Shown here: positions 1 to 9,908 of the stretch, one piece after another
How the letters are laid out: each line of letters starts with the position of its first letter
How positions within the stretch are numbered: position 1 is the first letter of the stretch
Virus record (IMG/VR): IMGVR_UViG_3300044630_007310
Coordinates: 1-57,638 of that record
Source: a virus
Taxonomy: Duplodnaviria > Caudoviricetes
Direction: 5' to 3' (one strand)
Length of the DNA: 57,638 bases
Position numbers and translations under genes: made by a program
The notes under the pieces: generated by a model
The model's database searches: none
What the model saw: the letters and a program-made list of their open reading frames with translations, nothing else
What the model was told of the DNA's origin: nothing

Positions 1-1
1 G

Positions 2-433
2 GGATATTATATAACGTATAGAGACCTTAATGGGGCAATTCAAAAAATAGAGGATCTTGAGCACATTTATTCACAGAAAGGAGAAAATATTACATTTTAC
101 TGTTGGAACATTGGATACGGTGGAACTCCTGAAGGAACTGAGAATTTAAAAGAAAAAATTGAAACTAAGGGAGGCTTTGGAAAAGACAAAGAGAATCTAA
201 GATTAGATAAAATTATTAGTTATTTTACTAAAAATCGAGAAGATGCCGATAATGTTAGAAGTATCTCAATATCCATAGATTCCGAATCTATAAGAAAAGA
301 AAAACTGGCTAGAGAAAATCAGGGACCTAGTCAAGAGGAAATATATCCATCAGAGGAACCTAAGAAAGGAGAGCAATCTTTTGCTCAATCAAAAGAATCA
401 GCTGAATCTAAAGAAGCTGAAGAAAAAGAATAA
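2..433 (+). CDS. hypothetical protein, 5'-truncated by window edge
   Basis: Open frame from base 2 (GYYITYRDLNGAIQKIEDLE...) to TAA at 431-433, with an acidic Glu/Lys-rich tail; not in the ORF track. Confidence 0.8.
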   Translation, partial: GYYITYRDLNGAIQKIEDLEHIYSQKGENITFYCWNIGYGGTPEGTENLKEKIETKGGFGKDKENLRLDKIISYFTKNREDADNVRSISISIDSESIRKEKLARENQGPSQEEIYPSEEPKKGEQSFAQSKESAESKEAEEKE

Positions 434-452
434 TTTATATATAATATAACCA

Positions 453-2276
453 ATGGCGGGAATTAAGCATTTAAAGCAAATCCACGATAGAAAGGGAGAA
501 GAATTTCTAAACAATTTGCTTAACAATTATGTGATCATAAATGAACACATTGATGGTAATTTCTTCGGAGTGAAGAAGAATCAGTCAAATGATAGATTTA
601 AATATTTTAAGAAGACAGGAGAAATTACTTACGTAGATCGAATGTTAATGAAGTTCTATAATCCTGCAGTTTCTCATTTTGAATCTATGCCGGACGATAA
701 AAGAAATAGAATTCCTTCTAATTTTTACTTTGGATTTCAATTTGTTTCAGGAAAAGACGGTGGAAAATCTAAATATTCAAGATTGCCTAAAAATAACTTA
801 GTACTTAGCTATATTCATAGATTAGATGAATCTGGAAATCCAATAGAAACTCTTCAAACCAAGGCAGATCTTGAAAAATGGGCATATTATTTAGGAGTAG
901 AGCCTCCTCCAATTATATTTGAAGGCAAATTGGATGACGAGCAAAAGAGTGCAATTCTAGAATTTGTATACTCTCCTAAATCAAAATTAGAGGAAAGATT
1001 TCAAACGGAATCATTCTCTAAATACATACTAAAAGTATTAAATCCCGATGTTTCAGATGAGACTATAAAATCAGGTTTAACTGGAGACGTCGGTGGAATA
1101 GTCTTTAGATTCTACGATGAAAATGATGAAAACTCAAAGGCAAATGCATTTTTAGCTAAACTAATAGATCCTATTTTTATTGAAGCATCTGGAGATAATG
1201 TTGAATCTGAAAAAAATCAAACTAATGATTATATCTGGTTGATATTGATTGACCTGATGAATCATTTTGAATTATATAATGAGGATGACTTAATTAAAAT
1301 GTGTCAAGGATCAGAAGATTACGATTCTAAATATATTTCAATTATAAATCAGGCATTTAAAGATTTCATAAAAGAGTATTCTTTTAAATACGACGGATTA
1401 GAATTAGATACTCCAGAATATTTAAATCTGCCTGAATTTGAGATGGATTTTAATCTAATGCAGGATGAGGATCTTAAGAATCTATTAAATGGTAATAAAA
1501 CATATTGCGAAATCTATAGAATACTCTCAAACTTCTTTAGAAAAACAAGAAAGAAGTCAAGTTCAAGTTTCTTTACTCCAGATTTAATAGTTCAGCTTAA
1601 TTTAATAGTTAAAAAAATTAAACGAGTTGTAGTAGGGGAAGCTGTATATGAAGGACTATTTCCTTCATTTGGAGAATTCGTAGGATCAGATCCCGGAGAC
1701 AATGCTTATATTGGAGAATACGAATGGTATAATAAAGAAAAGGGAAAAAAGGTTGATTCTGAAGATGTTAACATTATAATAGGATCATTTCAACCTCCTC
1801 ATAATGGGCATATTAAATCAATTGAAGCCTTAAAGGAAAAGAATGGAAAGAGAGCCGTTTTAGTTGCTCTATATTCAGGTAACAGAAAGAGCCCATTCTC
1901 AGATAAGGCAATTAGAGTCATGTTGGAAAAATTACAACAGGAGATGACTGAGTTAATTGCTGATGTGAAAGTAATAGGATCCAACTCTATTAAGGATATT
2001 ATGAAGGAATTGAGGCCTAATTATAATCCAATTCTATGGGGAACCGGAGAAAAAAGAATAAAGGATCACTTGTTAGAATATGAATACATTAAAAATCGAA
2101 ACGTGCCACTAAGGGTTTCTGAAGATTTTAAATTAATTCAGCTACCAAACTATCTTGATTCTCAACGAGTTAGGGACTCAATTCAATCAGGTGATTTTAA
2201 TTCATTTAAGGACATGGTTCCTAAATCTATAAAATCAGAATTTTTTAATCTTAAAAAAGAATTGGACCGAAAGTAA
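453..2276 (+). CDS. degenerate RNA-ligase-like N-terminal domain fused to C-terminal HxGH cytidyltransferase-like domain
   Basis: N-terminal NEHIDGN resembles ligase motif I (ExKxDG); C-terminal IIIGSFQPPHNGH, SPFSD and DSQRVRDSIQSGDFNSF match T4-like phage cytidyltransferases. Confidence 0.65.
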   Translation: MAGIKHLKQIHDRKGEEFLNNLLNNYVIINEHIDGNFFGVKKNQSNDRFKYFKKTGEITYVDRMLMKFYNPAVSHFESMPDDKRNRIPSNFYFGFQFVSGKDGGKSKYSRLPKNNLVLSYIHRLDESGNPIETLQTKADLEKWAYYLGVEPPPIIFEGKLDDEQKSAILEFVYSPKSKLEERFQTESFSKYILKVLNPDVSDETIKSGLTGDVGGIVFRFYDENDENSKANAFLAKLIDPIFIEASGDNVESEKNQTNDYIWLILIDLMNHFELYNEDDLIKMCQGSEDYDSKYISIINQAFKDFIKEYSFKYDGLELDTPEYLNLPEFEMDFNLMQDEDLKNLLNGNKTYCEIYRILSNFFRKTRKKSSSSFFTPDLIVQLNLIVKKIKRVVVGEAVYEGLFPSFGEFVGSDPGDNAYIGEYEWYNKEKGKKVDSEDVNIIIGSFQPPHNGHIKSIEALKEKNGKRAVLVALYSGNRKSPFSDKAIRVMLEKLQQEMTELIADVKVIGSNSIKDIMKELRPNYNPILWGTGEKRIKDHLLEYEYIKNRNVPLRVSEDFKLIQLPNYLDSQRVRDSIQSGDFNSFKDMVPKSIKSEFFNLKKELDRK

Positions 2277-2303
2277 AACCTAGTGTCCATTTTCTAATAT
2301 AAT
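2276..2303 (+). promoter_or_regulatory. putative early/middle promoter AAAC-N18-TATAAT
   Basis: AAAC 2276-2279 and TATAAT 2298-2303 just upstream of the A1-like gene; same pattern recurs three more times. Confidence 0.45.
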
Positions 2304-2323
2304 TTCTAAAAACAAATCTTAGC

Positions 2324-4012
2324 GTGGAAAACAATATGAGATTCAAAGACTTAAAAGAAGAAGATAAGCAATTTTTTAAAACAGTTTATTTAGATAAATC
2401 AATTTCATGGGATGACAGAATCAGAATGTTAACTGAATTTGCAAGCAGATCCCAAAGAACTATTCAAAAATGGGTGTCAAAGCTTGGATTAACTGAAAAG
2501 GAAGAAACCGAATCCCCAGAACTAATTAAGGCCAAGCAGCGAGTATTTAATGAAAGAAGAAAGAGATTCATAATTACATGGGCTCAAAATAATACTCCAG
2601 TTCATTCTAGATTTTTATCTAATTTAGAAGAATATGCTAAGACTATTAAGGCAGACATACATATAATTGCAGGTAGATATAAAAACCCAACCTCAGTTTT
2701 TACAGATAAGAATTATGATACTTGGCACGAATCAATTAGAAAATATCTAGATGCTGCTCGGCATGATATTCATAAGTATCTGTCTATTATGTCAGATGTT
2801 AAAATTCAACCGACTGCGGTTAATCCTATGACTGGTATGCAAGGAATGAGTGGAATTAATAGCTGCGTATTTGGATCTCCAAGAGTGCAGATGGAAATGA
2901 TTCCAGTTCTAGAAGGATGTAAGCCTAAAATGATGTTAACTTCTGGAGCTTGCACTATTAAAAACTATACTGATTCAAAATCTGGAAAGAAGGGAGAATT
3001 TCATCATACACTTGGATTCGTAGTAGCAGAGATTAAGGATGATGAAACTTTTTTCATTCGACAAGTAACTGCTGATGATAATGGAGACTTTATTGATCTA
3101 TGGAACTCAGTTAAATTTAAAGGATCTAAGCAACAAATTAAATTTAACTCACCAGTAGATGAAATTGGTTGGAATAAAGATAATTTTGGAAACGAGCCTT
3201 ATGAATGGGTAGGTGAATCAATCGTTAAAAGAATAGATCATATAGAAGCCTGTGTTTTAGGTGATTTGCACTTAGGGAAAGAGGATCCTCTTGTTATACA
3301 GAATACAATTAATTTTTTATCATCAATTAAGGTTAATCATGTTATATTGCACGATGTATTTGATGGAACTTCAATTAGTCACCATGAAATGAAAGATCCT
3401 TTTGCCCAATATGCAAAAGAGATTAAAGGAACAAATTCTCTTAAGAAAGAAGTTGATTATATGTTAGATCAATTAGATATATTCAATTCACTTAAGGAAT
3501 CAAATGTTGTGATCGTTAGAAGCAACCATGATGATTTTATAGATCGATGGCTAAAGAATGAAGACTGGAGAAGACAACCAACTCCTAAAAATTCCATGGA
3601 ATATATGGAATATAGTCAAATTCTACTAAAGCAATATTCAGAACAAGAAAGTATAAAAGGAGTAATTCCAGAATTAATTAATCGTAAATATCCTAAATTC
3701 ATAACCTTAGGTCGTAGTGATAGTTATATCGTTAAAGGATGGGAACTAGGTCAGCATGGAGATGTTGGTTCAGCGGGAAGCAGAGGGTCTCTACAACAAT
3801 TTAGAAAATTAAATACTAAGATTGTAGTTGGCCACTATCACGCACCCGGTAGATTTGATGGGGCTCTATCTGTAGGAACATCAACTGTATTAAGAGTTGG
3901 ATATAATATAGGAGCAAGTAGCTGGTTACAGTCTCATGTAATCATACATGAGAACGGAAAAGCTCAACATTTAAACTTTATAGACGGAGAGTTTACAACT
4001 CTTAAATTGTAA
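2324..4012 (+). CDS. T5 A1-like protein (calcineurin-like metallophosphoesterase/nuclease)
   Basis: Phosphoesterase motifs GDLHLG, HDVFDG, SNHDD, QHGD, GHYH; segments KRFIITWAQNNT, CTIKNYTDSKSGKKGEFHH and GYNIGASSWLQSH resemble T5 A1 as I recall it. Confidence 0.8.
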   Translation: MENNMRFKDLKEEDKQFFKTVYLDKSISWDDRIRMLTEFASRSQRTIQKWVSKLGLTEKEETESPELIKAKQRVFNERRKRFIITWAQNNTPVHSRFLSNLEEYAKTIKADIHIIAGRYKNPTSVFTDKNYDTWHESIRKYLDAARHDIHKYLSIMSDVKIQPTAVNPMTGMQGMSGINSCVFGSPRVQMEMIPVLEGCKPKMMLTSGACTIKNYTDSKSGKKGEFHHTLGFVVAEIKDDETFFIRQVTADDNGDFIDLWNSVKFKGSKQQIKFNSPVDEIGWNKDNFGNEPYEWVGESIVKRIDHIEACVLGDLHLGKEDPLVIQNTINFLSSIKVNHVILHDVFDGTSISHHEMKDPFAQYAKEIKGTNSLKKEVDYMLDQLDIFNSLKESNVVIVRSNHDDFIDRWLKNEDWRRQPTPKNSMEYMEYSQILLKQYSEQESIKGVIPELINRKYPKFITLGRSDSYIVKGWELGQHGDVGSAGSRGSLQQFRKLNTKIVVGHYHAPGRFDGALSVGTSTVLRVGYNIGASSWLQSHVIIHENGKAQHLNFIDGEFTTLKL

Positions 4013-4013
4013 A

Positions 4014-4925
4014 CTATTTTAATCTTAGGGTTTGACCTGGATTGATTAGATCGTTCTTTAGGCCGTTTAATCTCTTAATGTCGTCAACTCGTGCACCAGT
4101 TTTAGCAGAAATTCCCGAAAGAGTATCTCCTGATTTTACAGTGTATGTCTCATAATTAGTTAAAGCGATTACATCAGATCTTACCCATCCATCGCCTCCA
4201 CCATCAGATAAGTCAACGTTATACCACATTTTTCCATCTTCTCCGGTTGCCTCTCCGGTAACTTTTCCAATTGAATCTGGCCAGTTTACAACTGAAACCA
4301 AATTGTTTATCCAACCATTATTAACATAATTATCATCCCTAACATTAGCATATCCATTTTCTTTCTTTGGATATATCGTTTTACCAATATATTGGCCGGG
4401 AGTCTTTTTCGCGGTATGGCCAGTTAATAAAGGCTTTAAGAATTTATTATAGAAACTAGTGTTTCTTTTCTCCAATTCCTTGCCATCTGCATATCTTTTA
4501 TAGTTTTCAGCGGCAGTCTTCCAATCTTTGTTTACAATCGCAGTTGTGAATCTAGGAAATTTATTAAGTCCTCCTAAATTAAAGGCAAAGTCAGTTAACA
4601 TTTGTAATTGACTAGTACCTAAAATCTTTCCTGGAAAATTAGAGGAGACGTGATTTTTAACTATGCCCTCCGCTTGTTGTAAATCCTGTTTAAGATATTG
4701 TTCTGCCTTCTGTTCTGTCCATTTATCACCTGGTCTAACACTCCCAGTGTGACCGTAGCCGATCGTCCATACTCCGGTTGAATCCTGATATGCTTTATGC
4801 ATACCCGAGGCATCTTTTACTGCGCCTTCTTGATCTTTAATATATTGAATAAAGTCAGGTGAATAGACAACGGCTGATTCGTTGATTCTGTTCCAGACTG
4901 AATATTTCTTTATATAGGAACTCAT
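4014..4925 (-). CDS. GH24 (T4-type) lysozyme with SH3-like and LysM domains
   Basis: QEG...AYQDSTGVWTIGYGHT catalytic region, DFAFNLG; WYNV...GWVRSDVI SH3b-like; C-terminal YTVKSGDTLSGIS...LNGLKNDLINPGQTLRL LysM. Confidence 0.9.
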   Translation of the reverse strand: MSSYIKKYSVWNRINESAVVYSPDFIQYIKDQEGAVKDASGMHKAYQDSTGVWTIGYGHTGSVRPGDKWTEQKAEQYLKQDLQQAEGIVKNHVSSNFPGKILGTSQLQMLTDFAFNLGGLNKFPRFTTAIVNKDWKTAAENYKRYADGKELEKRNTSFYNKFLKPLLTGHTAKKTPGQYIGKTIYPKKENGYANVRDDNYVNNGWINNLVSVVNWPDSIGKVTGEATGEDGKMWYNVDLSDGGGDGWVRSDVIALTNYETYTVKSGDTLSGISAKTGARVDDIKRLNGLKNDLINPGQTLRLK

Positions 4926-4950
4926 TAAATAAAATTATTTTTACACATTT

Positions 4951-4977
4951 TTATTTATCTTCTAGCTAAATAAATAA
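4951..4977. promoter_or_regulatory. divergent pair of T4-late-like promoters
   Basis: ATAAATAA on - strand at 4951-4958 (towards lysozyme) and on + strand at 4970-4977 (towards 4996 ORF). Confidence 0.55.
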
Positions 4978-4995
4978 ACAAAAGGAACTTCATAC

Positions 4996-5220
4996 ATGGG
5001 ATCAAAGAAAGACTCTAGTTGGCAGAATCTAAGCGATTACCGATCTGGAAAAGATAAATTGAAGAATGCTATTATGCAGCACCCAGAAGAGAGTGCAGGA
5101 TCCGATTCAGTATATAATTATATGAAAGGTGAAATCAACAGAAGTGGATGGGTAATGCCATTTGATCAATATGTTAACATGGGATCTAAAAAGGCTAATA
5201 AAGTTAAAAAAAGAAAATAA
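4996..5220 (+). CDS. small hypothetical protein, probably virion-associated
   Basis: 74 aa ORF behind late motif, stop directly abuts next ATG. Confidence 0.7.
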   Translation: MGSKKDSSWQNLSDYRSGKDKLKNAIMQHPEESAGSDSVYNYMKGEINRSGWVMPFDQYVNMGSKKANKVKKRK

Positions 5221-7047
5221 ATGGCAAAATTTACAACAGATTCTCTTTTTAATAAGTATGCTAGATCAAATAGCATTTTTGAGGCTAAGAAGCTGGTAGT
5301 TAAGCCAGATGATCAGCTTGAAAAAGATTTAAAGGATGCACTTAAGTTAGCTGAGGAGAAAATAGATGATTCAGGCACTGGTGCTAGGGATATGTCATTT
5401 AACTCGATCAGAGGTATTCTAGACAGATTGCCATCTGATTTAATTAAAGCAGAACCACTTAATCCAATTATTGAGCAGATATTCTCCGTCATGACTTCTT
5501 CTAGCAGAACTAAGATGGTTGATGAATTTGTAGACGAGGAGGAAAAAACCTTAGAGGATATTATAAAAAGAAATAAGTCTAGGGACGGAGCAGATTTAAT
5601 TTATAAGCGCGATGATTCCTACTCAGCTGATTTTAATCATTCGGCTCTTATTATAATGAGACTTGAAAAATTATATACAATCTATTCAAAGTCATCTAGA
5701 AAAGCAGGATTAGATCCAGAAGATTCTAAAAAGCTTTCCGGTGTTTCTACTAAGTGTGCAATCTCTATTAAAAAATGGTACGATTGGGCATCATCTACCT
5801 TTGTTAATTTAGTAGATGATCTTAAAAAAGGATCCCCCAGCGAAGTTGAATCTAAAATGGATTCAGCTGATGAATTTTCAAGCAATACAGGAGGCTCTGT
5901 GTTTAATATGGTATTCAATTATGGATCAAAGGAGACCACTGTTGCTAGTGAATTAGAAGAAATATCAACATCAACATTTAGGGAAGATTCAACAGGTAGA
6001 AGAGGAAATATTCGAAGAAAAAAATCTATTTTCAGAAAAATTAAGGAATCAGTTGCAATGGCAGCTCTTCCAATAATCCAGAACGGGGAGGTTAAGCGAG
6101 CAGGAGACTACTATAGACTCTTTACCGCTCTGAATACTGAAAAATCAGATTGGATGAATACTATTCTGCTAAATGACGTATTCAATGGACAGGTAACAGA
6201 ATTCAATGATTTTAAAGCAGGAATAACTCAAGAAGATCCCAGAGAAGAGATACAATTGGTATATTTAAATGCCTGTGTAGGATGGACTTATAGATTTATA
6301 GATTCAGATTACATTTCAACTTTCACTGCTAGAGAAATAGATGATTATCGTAAAGCAATTCAAATGATTGTCCTAGAAAAAAAATCTGAAATCAAAAATT
6401 ATTATCTTTCTAAGAATTTTAATCTTGGAGATTTTAATTCAGTTCATATAAAACCAGAGGTTGCTATTCCTCTCTATAAAACCGTAATACTAGCGGTTAG
6501 TGAAGAAGATAGAAAAAAAGAGAGTAGTTTAAGATCGATTACTAAAGGATTAGGCAGCGCAATATCGGGTATGTTTGGAGGAATCGAAGTTGACACTGCA
6601 GCTCTTGCTAAAGGAAAAGGATTTGCTGAAGGAGATAAGAGATTTATGGTTGGATTAAATAAGATCATTAAAGGAATGGTAGGAGCAGTTGGAGGAAAAG
6701 ATGCAGCTAGAAAATATGGAGAGGCCCTACCTGATAAATGGAAAGGGGAAGAAGATAAGAAAAAAGGTACAGTAAAGGAAGATATGTTGTCTCCTATGGA
6801 TTCTCCAGGATCTACAATGGTTCCAATGGAAGGACCAGGATCACCTAATCAGATTCCTGGAATGATGCCAAGTGATAATATGGACATGATGTCACTTGCA
6901 GGTCCGGCAGGAGGAAGTCTAACTCGTTTTAAAACAAATAGCAAGAAATCCGGTAAAAAATCAAAGAAGAAGAAAGGATCTCTTAATTCATTCGGAACAA
7001 CTAAAGTTCTTAATTTTGAGGAATTTATGAAAGGTGGGAAGTATTAA
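5221..7047 (+). CDS. hypothetical protein, putative internal head protein
   Basis: 608 aa; SIFEA near N-terminus, Met/Pro/Gly-rich and Lys-rich tail ending KVLNFEEFMK. Confidence 0.6.
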   Translation: MAKFTTDSLFNKYARSNSIFEAKKLVVKPDDQLEKDLKDALKLAEEKIDDSGTGARDMSFNSIRGILDRLPSDLIKAEPLNPIIEQIFSVMTSSSRTKMVDEFVDEEEKTLEDIIKRNKSRDGADLIYKRDDSYSADFNHSALIIMRLEKLYTIYSKSSRKAGLDPEDSKKLSGVSTKCAISIKKWYDWASSTFVNLVDDLKKGSPSEVESKMDSADEFSSNTGGSVFNMVFNYGSKETTVASELEEISTSTFREDSTGRRGNIRRKKSIFRKIKESVAMAALPIIQNGEVKRAGDYYRLFTALNTEKSDWMNTILLNDVFNGQVTEFNDFKAGITQEDPREEIQLVYLNACVGWTYRFIDSDYISTFTAREIDDYRKAIQMIVLEKKSEIKNYYLSKNFNLGDFNSVHIKPEVAIPLYKTVILAVSEEDRKKESSLRSITKGLGSAISGMFGGIEVDTAALAKGKGFAEGDKRFMVGLNKIIKGMVGAVGGKDAARKYGEALPDKWKGEEDKKKGTVKEDMLSPMDSPGSTMVPMEGPGSPNQIPGMMPSDNMDMMSLAGPAGGSLTRFKTNSKKSGKKSKKKKGSLNSFGTTKVLNFEEFMKGGKY

Positions 7048-7076
7048 ATCCCAGGTCTAATATTCTTTATTTTTTA

Positions 7077-7084
7077 ATAAATAA
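7077..7084 (+). promoter_or_regulatory. T4-late-like promoter ATAAATAA
   Basis: Motif 19 nt upstream of the baseplate operon start. Confidence 0.55.
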
Positions 7085-7102
7085 AAAAAAGATTATTTTG
7101 GA

Positions 7103-9148
7103 ATGTCAGCTGAATTTCAACAATTAGTACGGGAATATACCACGAAGCCAGAGAAGGATGACACAAGGCATGCCCAGGTAGACAAGTATGGTCCTGTCCC
7201 CGGATCAATATCTCTATTTAATCCATTTAATATATTTAGATATAGTAGATATGGAATGAATCCAGGGGAGTATAAACAAGAACTCCATTCAGATCGAACT
7301 AGCCCATCCTCGGCGGATGCTGCCGCCCTTGCAGGTGTCAGTACTGCCGTATCAGCTGCTACTGGAGCAGGAGGAATAGACCCGAGTTTAGCAACATCTC
7401 AGACGTTAGGGGCAATTAATAACAGCTATCAAAAAATAAAAGATTTTAGAAAGGAGTACATCGAGAACCCTACTGCAAGTAAAATTATAGAATGGTCGAG
7501 ACTTAGATCCAAACCAGGAGAAATTACAGCAGATGGACCTGTTCCATATTCCAATAGTGATTTTATATGGTGTAAATTTTATGGTAAAATTCCAAATAAT
7601 AGATTGATAACTCTTAGACGATATCCCATTCCAGTTGAAGATAATTTAAACATTGCAGCATCTAAGATGCCTCTGGTGCCAATGGCACAGGCAGTTACCT
7701 GGTTTGATAAATCAGTGGGTAATAATCTAAATACTATTTTAAAACCTAGTTGGGGATTGAAATGGACGAGTAAGAGTGTGACGGAGATACAAGACATTCA
7801 AGGAAACGAGGTTACAGTTGAGGAATTAATAGCAGCACTCGGTCAAGGAGATTTAAAACCAGAGGTAGTTTCGACAATTAAGGCCTTAATTAGTGGAGAC
7901 AGTAAAGTGGATATAGCTAAGCTTTCTGGGTTTGATAAAATAATTCAGGACTATATCAAAAATGCATATGGAGCCAACGGACCCTATTGGAATCGAATCT
8001 TAGGTCCCCTAAACGTGATTAACGACACTGCAATCCGGGATCGAGGATTCAAGGATATGAAGACTCCATTTACAGTAAAATTTGTATACTCATTGAGATC
8101 CTGGGGAGGAGTTAATCCTAAAATTGCTTTTCTAGATCTGTTAGGTAACTTTTTAAGTCTTACTTACAGCACTGCTCCTTTCTGGGGAGGAGGGGCTAGA
8201 TATTTTGAAAGAACTGGGGTTACTCTTCCTTCTCTAGGTATGGAACAGAAATTTTTCGAGGGTGATATTTTCGGAGGAGTACAGACCGGAATGAGGGAAT
8301 TAATGGATCTCGCAACCTCAAGATTTAGTACAATTGTGACGGCCGCCAAAGATTTAGTAGCAAGAAATCAAGGAAGAGAGGCCGGACAAGATCAAGATTT
8401 TACTGCAGCAGATAAAGAAGGATTTAAAGTAAAGAAGGATCTGGATGAAAATGCGGTTGTTTCCACTATTGAAAAGGCATTTATACCTAGGCTAGCACTT
8501 CTGATGCAGAAGCCTATACTCTTTAGATCAATATTAGACGGCAGGGCAGTTGGGGAATGGCATCTAACTATAGGTAACCCAATGAATCCAATTGCAAATA
8601 TTGGAAATCTAGTATGTACAGGCTGCGAATATGAATTATCAGACACACTAGGACTGGATGACTTTCCAACTGAAGTTACTTTTACTGTATCGCTCCAGCA
8701 TGCTAGAACCCGTGCTAAACAGGACATTGAATCTATGTTTAATGCAGGTAACGGAGCAATGACGTTCAGTGAATTGCCGCTACCTAGTTCCGCATCTAAT
8801 TCATATGGAGACAGAAACACGGCTGCTGCAAATGCAGCAAGAAACGGAACCACTCCTGAAGGGGAACTTACACAAGCAAATAGTAACCCAAATATACAAT
8901 ATGGATCAGGTAATAATGGATTTGAGGAAACCAATTTTAATGCCCCAAATGGAACAGGTGCAACGTATGGATTAACCTCAGCAGGTGGAGCAGGCTCAAA
9001 TATTGCAGGTGGAGGCTCGAACACATCCTCAGATATTTCATCTAAAGTTGCGACTTATTCTAGACAGGTTAGAACAATGTATGGAGATGGATTTGGAGAC
9101 AGTACAATCTTAACTGACTATTTTACAGAATTAAAAACAAAAGATTAA
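7103..9148 (+). CDS. putative baseplate/tail-tube-initiator structural protein
   Basis: First gene of the baseplate cluster; DDFPTEVTFTVSL resembles the C-terminal strand of tube-fold gp48/gp54-like proteins; Gly/Ser/Asn-rich tail. Confidence 0.45.
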   Translation: MSAEFQQLVREYTTKPEKDDTRHAQVDKYGPVPGSISLFNPFNIFRYSRYGMNPGEYKQELHSDRTSPSSADAAALAGVSTAVSAATGAGGIDPSLATSQTLGAINNSYQKIKDFRKEYIENPTASKIIEWSRLRSKPGEITADGPVPYSNSDFIWCKFYGKIPNNRLITLRRYPIPVEDNLNIAASKMPLVPMAQAVTWFDKSVGNNLNTILKPSWGLKWTSKSVTEIQDIQGNEVTVEELIAALGQGDLKPEVVSTIKALISGDSKVDIAKLSGFDKIIQDYIKNAYGANGPYWNRILGPLNVINDTAIRDRGFKDMKTPFTVKFVYSLRSWGGVNPKIAFLDLLGNFLSLTYSTAPFWGGGARYFERTGVTLPSLGMEQKFFEGDIFGGVQTGMRELMDLATSRFSTIVTAAKDLVARNQGREAGQDQDFTAADKEGFKVKKDLDENAVVSTIEKAFIPRLALLMQKPILFRSILDGRAVGEWHLTIGNPMNPIANIGNLVCTGCEYELSDTLGLDDFPTEVTFTVSLQHARTRAKQDIESMFNAGNGAMTFSELPLPSSASNSYGDRNTAAANAARNGTTPEGELTQANSNPNIQYGSGNNGFEETNFNAPNGTGATYGLTSAGGAGSNIAGGGSNTSSDISSKVATYSRQVRTMYGDGFGDSTILTDYFTELKTKD

Positions 9149-9149
9149 C

Positions 9150-9908
9150 ATGTTAATTAGCAAACTATTAAGAAGAAAGAAGATCACTAAAAAATCAAAT
9201 CTTGATTTTACTGATCTTATCAGTAGTACATTTAAATTAAATCCGGAAGTAGTAGGATCAGGTGGAATAACGATAGTAGGAGAATATGAGACAATGAGAC
9301 CTGACTTGGTTGCAAATCGGATATATGGCGATATTTCAATGTGGGATGCTCTTTTAAAGTATAATGGAATATCTAATCCTTTCTCTTTAAAGCAAGGGAC
9401 CTTGTTATATGCGACTTCAGATTCTGCTCTATCCGCTAGTTATGTTAATCCAAAGGAAATTTCAATTAGGGATCCAAAATCAGAGGCTCCAGATCGACCT
9501 AGTGCCAATCCAAATACCGGAAGAGATTCAAACCGGTCAGATAATTTAAATAAGAAAAAAGCCAGGCTTAAATCTAATTCTTCTAGTCCTGCAGTCAGTC
9601 CGACTACTCAAAAAGAGGCAGATCGTCTGAATCAACTGCAGCAAAAATCCGGTGGAGCATCTATATTACCTCCAAATATTAATCAACCTGGGACTTCTAA
9701 TACTCAAAAATTACCAGACGGTAGAATTATATTCGGGGCAAACAATACTCAAGGTAATGTTAAAACCAGAACTGAACCTATTAGTAGAAAAAATCTTATA
9801 AATGAATTGAAAAAGAATAAAGGATTAAGTAAAAAATCTGCAGATGCTAAGAAATTCATTAATACTGTTATAGACCTACTATCAAGTAATTTAAATAAGA
9901 TTAAATAA
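9150..9908 (+). CDS. baseplate wedge protein, gp53-like (LysM-like N-terminus)
   Basis: RPDLVANRIYGDISMWDALLKYNGISNPFSL matches the gp53/LysM-like wedge motif. Confidence 0.7.
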   Translation: MLISKLLRRKKITKKSNLDFTDLISSTFKLNPEVVGSGGITIVGEYETMRPDLVANRIYGDISMWDALLKYNGISNPFSLKQGTLLYATSDSALSASYVNPKEISIRDPKSEAPDRPSANPNTGRDSNRSDNLNKKKARLKSNSSSPAVSPTTQKEADRLNQLQQKSGGASILPPNINQPGTSNTQKLPDGRIIFGANNTQGNVKTRTEPISRKNLINELKKNKGLSKKSADAKKFINTVIDLLSSNLNKIK

